From positions 1-61,541 of the forward strand of contig NW_021832259.1 of the NCBI RefSeq assembly GCF_006345805.1: DNA of 61,541 bases, written 5' to 3'. The DNA is from Octopus sinensis (taxonomy: Eukaryota). Within the stretch, counting starts at the first letter, position 1; every line of letters begins with the position of its first letter. Made by a program: the position numbers and the translations under genes. The notes beneath the pieces are model-generated. The model made no database searches. It was not told the DNA's origin and worked only from the letters and a program-made list of their open reading frames with translations. Below, piece by piece: positions 50,850 to 61,541 of this stretch.

Positions 50850-51695
50850 CTAGCAGAATTGCCCGGCGTTGCTCGGGGCTGAATTGCTTGAAAGTACTGT
50901 TAATGATTGCACTGAATTATGATGATTATTCAGGCAAATATTGAAATAAGCTTACGGTGGGAGATAAGGACTTAACGCCAAACGTGTGCCATTGCATTGT
51001 TTTGGGGGAACCAAATTTCTGATGAGCATTATAGGGGCACTAACTTTAAGTTTGAGGAAAGTGTGGTGGTAGTCCGGGGTGCTCAAAGGAATTGAGTACC
51101 TCTATTGGATAGTTGATGACGTCCTCTGGGTCAGGAGTTGTATTGATAGACTGATATACATCGACTTCCCCAGGAATGAGTTTTAGCATTCATCATTAAT
51201 ATGGTGAACAGTTTTATTCCTCGGGGCCAGTATAGCCTTTTTGCCAATCCAATCCATATTCTGATAATTAGCTTGTAAATCTGGGAACACTGCATCTCTG
51301 AGATCAGAAGGCGTCTTAACATGGTACAAATGGAATCGATGGCAATATTACCATTTTCATCCCCTGGTATTTTGCCTTCGCCAAGTGCAAGGAGAAGTGT
51401 GAGGAAATGCTGGTGATGTGATATTACGTCGCATATGAGCACGCATATTGGTGTGAAGTTTGAGAGTTACTTCCGTTTATTTTAAAAAATATGCATTAAA
51501 ATGGAAAAAATGATGGTAAATTATTTGTAAAATCATAGAAGACTCTCGTAGACGCGCGCTAATACCCAGAAGGGCTCGATATGAATCACGACTATAAGAT
51601 ACCCGGTTTTGGTTAAACTGCATCGCAAAATGTGGGAGTAGTTAGGAATCTAAATCGGAGTAGACAGACACACAACCTTTCTTTTATATATAAAT
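50850..51695 (-). mobile_element. Non-autonomous Helitron retaining a Pif1 helicase fragment
   Basis: 3' end ccgagcaacgccggg..CTAG|T on the minus strand; internal NMRAHM..LLALGEG..DLRDAVFPDL..AILAPRN..NSFEHPGLPPH homologous to ~59430-59930. Confidence 0.8.
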
Positions 51696-51711
51696 ACATA
51701 CATACACACAC

Positions 51712-51743
<32 letters not shown>

Positions 51744-52437
51744 ACATGCATACATATATACATATAAACCGAGTAAAAAATTTCAGTTATCTCTCTCTTT
51801 CACACATTACTCTCTCTGTCTCTTCACACACACTAACAGAAGCACTTCACTTACACAACATACTGTCTGTCTCCCACACTCCATCAAACACACACACACA
51901 CACCACATGTACATCAATGAGTCCCATGCACGGTAACTTCAAAGGAACTTCCCTCGTTCATACAATCGCTTTCTCTTAGTCTCTTTCGCTCTCATTACTT
52001 ATGTAAAAAATAAAAGTTTTTTCTATGTGTGTAAAGAGGAAGTGGGAGGCAGAGTGAAAGAATCACTCACTACAGTAAGTCAATTACTTTCATTTTATTC
52101 GTTGCCCACTGTGTGTGTGCGTTTGCGTGTGGTGTAAACCAGACTAAGAAAAGCATTTGACCACACACCAGAATGTGAGTTTTCTGTAAATTTTGCTTAA
52201 TTGGAGTTTAAATTTTAAAAACTGGACTGGCATGACGCGATGCATTGTACTCTTAAAATTGCTAGGTAAATTGTAATTGAAGAAATCCTATATGTAGATT
52301 TCTATAACTCCCAAAGGGAGGCAGATAAAATCTGCCTTTTATAATAAGAGATACTTTATTAAACCCTATATCAATTTGTATATATATATACATATATATA
52401 TATTATATATATATTATATATATATATAATATATATA

Positions 52438-53050
52438 GGGGGGGGCAAAGGAAAATGATTGCGTCTCTCATAGCCTCTCCTCTCCAGGTGTAATGATCGC
52501 TGGAGAACTTCTACCTGGCTGCGCCTTGCGGAAAGTTCTTGCTTATGGCCTCTCCTGCACTACTGTGTCCACAGCAGCACCTTCACGCGGTACCCCCTGT
52601 TCTCACTGAGCCTGCTGTGTGGCGCGACCGGGTGCTTGGCGGTATAACCGGGTGGGCAGACTCGGCTCGTTAGCCTTGGTTGACAGCCAGTCTAGGAGAA
52701 GGAAAACTCTGACTCCAAACCCTCGCTCCGCTGCCTTGCGGATGCTCTTGGGACAGGGAAAGGCTATGGGAGTAAACCCAGACAGAAAATCCGGAGTGGA
52801 GCCCTGAAGGCGGTAGGGTGTCGAATCTCGACCCTTTTCCGACAACTCCTGCAGCCAACCAGACTCCAAACGTACTGCACTGCATTCCTTTGGATTATGT
52901 CTGGGGGCCCGAGAGGGAGATTCTGGTGTCTGGGCAGCCCAGTGTCTTCGTTCCTACCGCCCAGGCTTGCGCCATGGAGAAACTACTCCATCGATGGAAC
53001 AAGCTGAGATGGCAGTTACGAGTTTTAAGCCAGGGTGAATTGGCGTAATC
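52438..53050 (+). mobile_element. RTE-type 5'UTR fragment (related to 13860-14240) starting at a G-run
   Basis: Shared blocks aaatccggagtggagccc, ccaaacgta.tgcactgca.tcctttgga, cccaggc.tgcgc and ttggcgtaa. Confidence 0.7.
52440..52619 (+). ncRNA. Candidate HDV/CPEB3-like self-cleaving ribozyme
   Basis: P1 GGGGGGC/ACCCCCT, P2 CACAGCAG/CTGCTGTG, P3 ACC/GGT, L3 TTCACGC; long J1/2; P4 minimal or absent. Confidence 0.5.
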
Positions 53051-53078
53051 CCGTACATACATACATACATACATACAC

Positions 53079-53130
<52 letters not shown>

Positions 53131-53169
53131 ACACACACACATACACACATACACACATACATACATACA

Positions 53170-53200
<31 letters not shown>

Positions 53201-53500
53201 GTATGTATATTTCAAAATAGAAAAATTACCCTTTAACATGCAATTTAAATGCTAGATATAGCAGCAAAGATGCTACGATCCATTATTTTCTGGCAAATTT
53301 TGAAGTCCATGAAAAATAAAGACCTTTATCTTTTTCTATATGTATATATATATCATCTACATATATATATATATATACACACACACTCATATGTATAGAT
53401 ATATAGATATATAGATATATAAATATATATATATATAATATATATATATATATTATATATATATATATATTATAATATACATAAAAATATAAATATATAA

Positions 53501-53544
<44 letters not shown>

Positions 53545-53570
53545 TGTATATATATACACATATATATATA

Positions 53571-53860
53571 GGCGCAGGAGTGGCTGTGTGGTAAGTAGCT
53601 CGTCTACCAACCACATGGTGCGGGTTCAGTCCCACTGAGTGTGTATTTGTGTGTCTGTGTTGTCCCCTAGCATTGCTTGACAACCGATGCTGGTGTGCTA
53701 TTTCCCCGATCGGCAAGAGAGAAGAGAGAGACCGAGAATAAGTACTGGGATTGCAAAAGAATAAGTCCCGGGGTCGAGTTGCTCGACTAATGGCGGTGCT
53801 CCAGCATGGCCGCAGTCAAATGACTGAAACAAGTAAAAGAAAGAATAAAAGAATATATAT
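53571..53860 (+). mobile_element. tRNA-derived SINE, family 2 (ggcgcaggagtggctgtgtggtaag head); representative copy
   Basis: A-box TGGCTGTGTGG and B-box GGTTCAGTCCC; related pieces at ~30050-30510, 31085-31390, 34250-34380, 35020-35160, 41750-41960, 43740-44160, 60855-61065 and 61470-61541. Confidence 0.8.
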
Positions 53861-55539
53861 ATGTACCAGTTCGCACTAGGGTCGATGTAATCGACTTAAT
53901 GCCTTTGTCTGTCCTGTTTGTCCCCTCTATGTTTAGCCCTTGTGGGTAGTAAATATATAGATATATAGATATTTCAAAATAGAAAATACGCTTTAACAGG
54001 TAATTTCTACATGCTAGAAGTAGCAGCAAAATCTTGGCACGATCCATTATTTTCTGGCAAATTATGAAGTCCCGCAGAGATGTATGTATATGTGCATGTA
54101 CTAGTATTAATACATACATTTTATAACTTATTTACGTGTATATATACACGCGTTAGCATATATGTATATCTACTATACACCACACACCACCACACACAGA
54201 TATATATATATATATAATATATTATATATATATATATATCTCTATATATAAACGGCAGTTTGTCTGTGCGTGCTTCTGTGTGTCTGTTTTCTCGTACCCT
54301 CACCCTGACCACGGCTTTCAACCGTTTCTGATGAAACTTGACACACACATAGCCCAATGTCATAATTCAAAACTAACGAAGCGAAAATTTTGAAAAGTTC
54401 CCCCAGTTCTGAAAGAAATTGATAAATTCGACATGGGGTCGAGAATCATAAACATGAACCACAGACTGTCTAGGGGACGCAACTCGAGAATCTAAGCTTT
54501 TTTTATGCAACGCATTATCTATGGTAGTTTTCACAACTTGCAATCGATTTTCACCAAACTCATGGTGAAGCTTAATGTTACCCTAAGAAACTCAATTCTG
54601 ACGTTAGTTTTCCATGCAATACCTTACCATCAGAAACAATCGATAAAATCATGCCATTTTGGGAAATCGCGTTCAAATTCAAGATGACATATTTTCGACA
54701 ATATCTTTCACAAATTGGCAGGAATCTTTTTTTTTTTCACAACGAGCATCATGTCTGCTCCAAGGAGCTATATAGCCCTTTTTATTCCAATAGGATACAT
54801 TTTGAAAAAATCGGTTAATTTAATCATATGTGGCACACATAGCAAACAAATTTGTGTATTAAACACAAACCAGACTGTCTAGGGGACGCAACTTGACCTT
54901 TTTAGCTATCGATAATTCGATCCAACCAATTCCTACCAGGAAGAAATTACATTCGAGACTTTACCCCCAACACCGCCACTTCTGCTAATAGCTGCTGCAG
55001 CCGCAAGTTATTCGAATACTTTTTGGGTTTAAACTTTCTTTATAACTACCACCCCAAACGTTTTACCTTCAATTTTTGACGTACCCTAACGGTCCTCGGA
55101 CGCTACTTGCAAACTCTTGGTTTATTATAAACCACTTTTGTCGTGTGCATCAAAAAACTTTTCCTTTCGTTTGTTCAGTTTGATCACTTTTGACTTTTTC
55201 GTTGTTGTCACTCACATTGCTGCCAGCTTTTTGGCCGTTTTTGTACATTTTTATACATTTTCGGATACTTACCCCACGAGCTCCTTTTATTACACCTTTA
55301 CCAAACACATTGCTATCCACAAAATACTTACCCCACGTGTTCCTTTTTATTACACCTTTGCCAAACACATTGCTATCCACCAAAATGCCACCCAAAGAAG
55401 AGAAGGACCCTCCTCAGCCCTCGGACGGCCAAGGCATCGGCTGCTAGGGCTAGAAGGGCACGCGAGACCCACGAGGAAACCGCCTTGCGCCTCTCGCAAA
55501 CAGCTTCCCGTTATGCCGCTGCTCAGGCATCTGAAACTA

Positions 55540-58500
55540 CTAGCGACCGTTCTACCCGACTTGCAAGGGTCGCAGCGTACAGATCTTCCCTCCGCTCGAG
55601 GTTGACGAAAGAGCAACAGTCCAGCCAAAACATGCGGGCTTCTTACTGTGCTTCCATCCGCAGAGCTCGCGAGAACCCCGAACAAAGGGCCATTGGAATG
55701 CGGCTAACGCCACTAGCACTGCCAGGACACGATCTGTCGAAACCTCACAGCAGAGGAGAACTCGCCAAGATGCTGACGCCGCAAACAAAGCCATGGCCAA
55801 AAGCTGCCGAAACACCTCAACAGAGATGAGAGCTCGCCAAGCTGCTAACGCCGCAAACACAGCCAGGGCTCGATCTGCCGAAACTCCACACCAACGGACT
55901 ATTCGGACATCCAGACATGCCATTAACACTGCTTCTGCTAGGGCTTCAGAGGGTGCTGAGGCGAGAGCTGAAAGGCTTTCAAGGGATGCCACTGCTACCG
56001 CTGTCGCACGTGCATCTGAATCTGCTGAGGCACGGTGCACTCGACTTGAGAGTATCAACAAACGTCGGGATATCATTCGTGGTGTACGTACCCCTTCCCC
56101 GCTTTCTGGTTGTCACTAGCATTCAACTACGACGCCACAATTAACTTCCCCTTGCGTGACGACATCAAGATAGGGTCAATGACAATTGTATGCCAGTTTT
56201 GCAAAGCCAAGAAATGGCCCGGAGAGCCACCTGGTTTGTGCTGCTCTGGTGGCAAAGTGGACCTGCCACCCCTACGGGAACCACCTCAACCACTGAAGGA
56301 TCTCGCGGCGGGTTTAACCCTCGAATCGTCACAATTCCTTGAAATAATTCGAAAGTACAACTGCTCATTCCAAATGACCTCTTTCGGGGCCAAAATTCCT
56401 CCCAGAGAAGGCTGGATGCCTACTTTCAAAGTGCAGGGACAGGTCTACCATCTTATTGGGTCACTTCTGCCAGACGAGATTCAGCAGTTCTTTCCTCCAA
56501 ATATACTTCATTGCCGACTACAACCACCAGGTTGATGCACGCCTTGGAATAATACCGGGTACAAGCTATGTTCCCCGCAAAGACATTCTTCTCCGTCTCC
56601 AAACCATGCTTCATGATATCAACAGCTACGTCTGCAGCTTCAGATATGCCTTGGACAGTGCTCCTTCTCCAAACTTCACCGTTGTCATTGACCTGATAAA
56701 CGACCCCACGGGGAGCACGAACGCCGTTTCAACGCACCTGCGTGCAACGAAATTGCCGCAGTTATACACGGAGAGCAACACAACAGCCGTGACATAATCA
56801 TCTCCTCCCGTGGTAACAACCTACACAGGATCAGCGAGACTCACAGATCTTATGACGCGCTTCAGTATCCATTGCTTTTCCCTTATGGGGAAGACGGCTA
56901 CCACTTCGGAATTCCTTTACGGCAGCCCTCCAATCAAACTACTGCGGCATCAAAGACGGTTTCCTGCAGGGCGTTCTACTCATACCGGTTCATGGTCAGG
57001 GAGGGTGAGTTCAACTTATTGCCCCGTTGTCGTCAGCTATTCAACCAGTTCGCCGTCGACATGGCCGCAAAAATGGAATCGGAAAGGCTGCTATACATTA
57101 AACTTAATCAGACCAAACTTCGCTCCGACTCCTACATTCATCTCCGTGACGGTTTGCAACAAGAAAATGACCCTCGCAACATCGGCAAGCCATGCATTCT
57201 ACCCTCCACCTTCACGGGAGGACCGCGATATATGCGTGAAAGGACCAAGACGCCTTGACCTACGTGCGCATTTACGGCCGGCCGGACCTCTTTATCACCT
57301 ACACGTGCAATCCCAGCTGCGACGAAATCACTCGCGAAATCCTCCCGGTCAATCTCACACCCATCGACACGACATCGTTGCTAGGGTTTTCCGTCTGAAT
57401 TTGGGCAAAATGAGGATTTGATAGTTAAGGGTCAGATTTTCGGGCATGTCAGGTGCCACATGTTTTCGGTCGAGTGGCAAAAGAAGGGCTTGCCACATGC
57501 TCACATCTTAATTTTGCTCACTCATAAAATCGAGACTAATGACATTGACAAATTCATTTCCGCCGAGATTCCTGACCCCGATGAGGACCCCGGACTCTAC
57601 GAAATTGTCCGCACTACCATGGTACACGGGCCCTGTGGACCAAATTACGCCAACACACCATGCTACAAAAACGGATTAGCCTGCTCAAAGGGATTCCCTA
57701 AACGGTTCACTTTGGAGACTCAAACAGGCGGCGATGGGTATCCGCTGTACAAACGAAGGAGTCCAGCCAATGGAGGCCGCACGATTACGGTTGGGCGACA
57801 TCAAGTGGACAACAGCTACATTGTCCCCTACTGTCCTCTCCTGTCGAAGATATTCAAAGCCCACGTCAACGTTGAGTTCTGCAGCTCCATCAGGTCAATA
57901 CAATATGTCTGCAAATATATCAACAAAGGCAGCGATGCTGCCATGTTCAGCATCCAGAGGACCACCAGTCGCGACGAAGTGTCCAACTACTTGGCTGGCC
58001 GGTACCTCAGCAGCAACGAAGCGTTTTGGCGCATTTACGGCTTCCCGCTCCATCAGAGACACCCGGCTGTGGTGCAGCTTGCTGTACACTTGGAAAATGG
58101 ACAGCGGATTTACTTCACAGAGCAAAGTGCTGTGCAGATAGCCACCAGCCCTAAAGACACAACGTTGACTGGTTTCTTCAAATTATGCCAACGTGATGAC
58201 TTCGCTCGAACGCTTTTGTACCCACAGGTCCCATCGTACTTCGTGTGGTCTAAAAACACCTGGGTTCGACGGAAATCCGGCAAAAACGTCGAAAGCTTCC
58301 CAGGCGTCAAGTTTGACTCCTGCCTGGGTCGAGTTTACAACATCCCGCCAAACCAGCAAGAATGCTTCTACCTCCGTCTCCTTCTACATGAGGTCACTGG
58401 TCCAACAGGTTTCGCCAATATACGTACCGTCAATGGGGTTCTGTGCGACACCTTCAGGGAAGCATGTATGAGACTTGGCCTTCTAGAGGATGACTCCCAG

Positions 58501-60251
58501 TGGGACGCCACGATGGCAGAGGGTGCTTTACTGCAAACGCATTCGGCCCTACGACATCTTTTCGCAATCCTTCTTCAAAAATGTCAGCTTAGTGATCCAC
58601 TAAGTCTCTGGATGAAATACAGGGATGACATGTCGCACGACTTCTTACGTACGGCTCAGCAACACTGCCCTTCCGCCGAGATCACGTTCACCAACTTCAT
58701 TTACAATTTTGCGCTCATTCAACTCGAAGACGCTGTCATCGATATGGGTGGGTCTGCTTTAACAGAGTACGGCCTTCCGCCACCCACACGTGAACACGCC
58801 AATGTTATGTCTGCTGAATTGTTACGCGAAACTTCCTACTGCATTGAGGAACTGCACCAGTACGTCCAAGATAATGAACCACGGCTGCTTCCAGACCAGC
58901 GCATAGCCTACAACACCATCGTAGACTCTGTCAGACAGCAACGTGGGGGAATTTTCTTCCTTGATGCACCCGGCGGCACAGGCAAAACCTTCGTCACTAA
59001 ACTAATTCTGGCAGAGGTCAGACGCAACACGGACATTGCCCTGGCTGTAGCTTCCTCTGGTATCGCGGCCACGTTGCTTCCGGGTGGCAGAACCGCCCAC
59101 TCTGCCTTCAGACTCCCGCTCGATCTGGCAAAGTCCGAGTCACCTATCTGCAACATCGCCAAGAACTCAGAACAGGCCGACATTCTTCGCAGATGCAAAC
59201 TCATCGTATGGGACGAGTGCACTATGGCACACAAAGGCGCCCTTGAGGCACTGGACAGGTCCTGCAAGACATCAGAGACTCTACGGCCCCCATGGGAGGA
59301 TTAACTTTACTTCTTTCAGGAGACTTCAGGCAGACTCTACCTGTTATTCCAAAAGGAACCCGTGCCGATGCCGTGCGCGCGCTTGCCTTAAGTCGTCAGC
59401 TCTTTGGGCACATGTGCGGCCCTTGCACCTCCAAACTAACATGCGCGCGCAGTTAATTGGTGACAGCGGATCCGCTGCATTCTCCAGGGACCTCTTATCG
59501 CTCGGAAAAATAGGATGCTGTCTGATGCGGATGGCTACGTTCAATTGGACTCACTTTGCACCATTGTCGACACCCCTGCTAGCCTCCGGGACGCTGCCTT
59601 CCACGACCTACAAAACAATTTACGCGACCTAAAATGGCTGGCAGGCAGAGCTATTCTCGCACCAAAAATACAACCGTCAACTCCATCAATATCCAGCTAC
59701 TTGAAGCTATTCCTGGTGATGTCCACGTCTACAAATCTATAGATAGGACAGCAGACCCCGCCCAGCTTGCCGATTATCCTGTTGAATTCCTGAATTCACT
59801 TGAACCGCCAGGCCTGCCACCACACATCCTGAAGTTAAAAGTCGGTGCGCCCATTATGCTCATCAGGAATTTGGTTCCACCTAAACAGTGCAACGGCACA
59901 CGTTTGGTTGTGAAACATTTGGCACCACATTTAATAACGGCCACAATACTTACCGGTTGTGGGAAGGGAGAGGACGTCTTCATTCCGGAGGATGCACCTT
60001 CAACCGTCGGGCGCTGACCTACCAATCCACTTCAGGCGTTCTCAGTTTCCTGTTAAACTCTGCTTCGCAATGTCCATCAATAAATCCCAAGGCCAAACGC
60101 TACAAGTCGCTGGGTTACATTGGGGCGAACAGTGCTTCGCCCACGGTCAACTCTACGTGGGCTGTTCACGCGTTGGGAGGCGCAATGATGTTTTCATGTT
60201 TGCCCCAAACGGACAGCTAGGAACATCGTATATACAGAAGTATTCCAGTGA
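55540..60251 (+). pseudogene. RepHel (Rep/HUH endonuclease and Pif1 helicase) reading frame broken by about 10 or more frameshifts
   Basis: C..C..KKW.GEP..LCCSGG, QGQVYH, LFPYGEDG, ILPSTFTGGPRYM, PDLF/TCNP, VEWQKKGLPHAHIL, YVCKYINKG, DAPGGTGKT, WDECTM, GDFRQ, CNGTRL, FAMSINKSQGQT, HGQLYV and RNIVYTEVFQ*. Confidence 0.9.
57418..59304 (+). CDS. Largest uninterrupted RepHel segment (628 aa): HUH motif 2, motif 3 YxxKY and Pif1 Walker A/B
   Basis: ORF track translation. Confidence 0.85.
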   Translation: MIVKGQIFGHVRCHMFSVEWQKKGLPHAHILILLTHKIETNDIDKFISAEIPDPDEDPGLYEIVRTTMVHGPCGPNYANTPCYKNGLACSKGFPKRFTLETQTGGDGYPLYKRRSPANGGRTITVGRHQVDNSYIVPYCPLLSKIFKAHVNVEFCSSIRSIQYVCKYINKGSDAAMFSIQRTTSRDEVSNYLAGRYLSSNEAFWRIYGFPLHQRHPAVVQLAVHLENGQRIYFTEQSAVQIATSPKDTTLTGFFKLCQRDDFARTLLYPQVPSYFVWSKNTWVRRKSGKNVESFPGVKFDSCLGRVYNIPPNQQECFYLRLLLHEVTGPTGFANIRTVNGVLCDTFREACMRLGLLEDDSQWDATMAEGALLQTHSALRHLFAILLQKCQLSDPLSLWMKYRDDMSHDFLRTAQQHCPSAEITFTNFIYNFALIQLEDAVIDMGGSALTEYGLPPPTREHANVMSAELLRETSYCIEELHQYVQDNEPRLLPDQRIAYNTIVDSVRQQRGGIFFLDAPGGTGKTFVTKLILAEVRRNTDIALAVASSGIAATLLPGGRTAHSAFRLPLDLAKSESPICNIAKNSEQADILRRCKLIVWDECTMAHKGALEALDRSCKTSETLRPPWED

Positions 60252-61082
60252 AGACAAGACATTGCAACGTCCACATGCACCTTCGTTCCCTGGAGGAAAG
60301 GACTACATTGGGATTAGTCGTTGCCTACTAGGGGCTCTTACATACCGGGCAACGCCGGGCTATGCTGCTAGTATATATATATATATGTGTGTGTGTGTGT
60401 TGAGTTTGTATATATGTATGAATGTGTGTATGTAGCAGTATCTATCTATCTAACTATCTATCAATCTATATCCATATATATATATGCGATAATTGTACGT
60501 GCATTGTATTGTGTGTAAGCAATTATCATGCACATCAATCTATATATACATTTATACATACATACAAACAAGTTATGCATACATAATATTGTGCATACAC
60601 ATACACATACACACACACACATATATATTATAATACACACACATGCATAAATTGCACATGTTTAGAAAACACATTCAACACCGGCGTAGTGTAGATGTAT
60701 GTATGAATGTATGTATTCTTAGAAATATTTACATATTACCACACGTTTATATATATGTACACACATATGTACATACATATCTATATCGTATATATATATA
60801 TATATAGAACACACATACGTAAATACATATCTATAGGTAGTATATATTACTCTTTACTCTTTACTTGTTTAAGTCATTTGACTACGGCCAAGCTGGAGCA
60901 CCGCCTTAGTCGAAAAACTCGACCCCGGACTTATTCTTTGTAAGCTTAGTACTTATTCTATCGGTCTTTTTGCCGAACCGCTAAGTGACGGGGACGTAAA
61001 CACACCAGATCGGTCGCGTCGAGCAATGTTAGGGGGACAAACACAGACACACAAACACACACCACACACATATATATACATA

Positions 61083-61465
61083 CTAGCAGTATCGCCCGGC
61101 GGTTTGCTCAGGTTTCTAAGGGAAATAACTATAAAGATTTTTAGAGAGTTATAGCCAAAAAATAGCAAAAAATGGAAAACAAATGATGGTAAATTTTTTT
61201 TGACAGTTAAAAATGGTGGAGTTGCGCCCTAGAAGGTCTGGTGGTTTGGGTTTCTGAAATTCGACCCCATGTCGAATTTATCGATCTTTTCAGAACTGGG
61301 GGAACTTTTCAAAATTTTCGCTGCGTTAGTTTTGAATTATGACATTGGGCTATGTGTGTGTCAAGTTCATCAGAATCGGTTGAAAAGCCGTGGTCAGAGT
61401 GAGGGTACGAGAAAAACAGACACACAGAAAACGCACAGACAAACTGCCGTTTATATAGAGAGAGA
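61083..61465 (-). mobile_element. Short (383-bp) non-autonomous Helitron sharing its 5' end with the 54239 element
   Basis: First ~200 bp match 54241-54440 (tctatata..aaacggcagtttgtctgtgcg...gacatggggtcga); 3' end gagcaaaccgccgggcgatactgCTAG|T. Confidence 0.85.
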
Positions 61466-61541
61466 TATACGACAGGTTCTTTCAGTTTCCGCTACCAAAT
61501 CCACTCACAAGGCATTGGTCGGCCGGGGCTATAGCAGAAGA

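Larger units (their letters stand above)
54239..60371 (+). mobile_element. Near-complete autonomous-type Helitron
   Basis: A|TC 5' end, 3' hairpin ccgggcaacgccgg (60345-60358), CTAG|T end (60368-60372) and full RepHel motif order inside. Confidence 0.92.

Noticed and set aside
51010-51040. ctgatgag motif
   Set aside because: It lies in antisense Pif1 coding sequence and has no GAAA or stem context.
50525-54075. Three ~120-bp related segments (50525, 53210, 53970) as a novel regulatory repeat
   Set aside because: They are diverged, have no structure or defined ends, and are most simply fragments of an interspersed repeat.

Overview
AT-rich, microsatellite-laden eukaryotic DNA with no confidently recognisable host gene. 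The SINE families resemble those I associate with Octopus, so a cephalopod source is inferred but not verified. The window is a mosaic of transposable elements: tRNA-derived SINEs, R4/Dong-like RLE LINEs, RTE-BovB, RTE-X, CR1, two Penelope-like elements, Tc1 and pogo/Tigger remnants, a collapsed Gypsy, and a near-complete 6.1-kb Helitron with two non-autonomous relatives. The main result is a 3.55-kb insertion (35919-39464) of ~507-bp tandem units, each full unit carrying a well-formed minimal type-I hammerhead ribozyme (7 copies). The units are arranged as 5.3 units plus 1.7 inverted units and are flanked by a 16-bp target-site duplication. A paralogous empty site lies 4.5 kb upstream. This looks like a retrozyme-type (ribozyme circRNA) retro-insertion with twin-priming geometry. 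Other highlights are a CPEB3/HDV-like ribozyme fold at the 5' end of an RTE-derived fragment and a ~1.3-kb inverted duplication enclosing head-to-head TTAGGG/CCCTAA arrays. Coordinates were read by eye, so most TE boundaries are approximate (about +/-20 bp). Frequent 1-bp indels suggest unpolished long-read errors.
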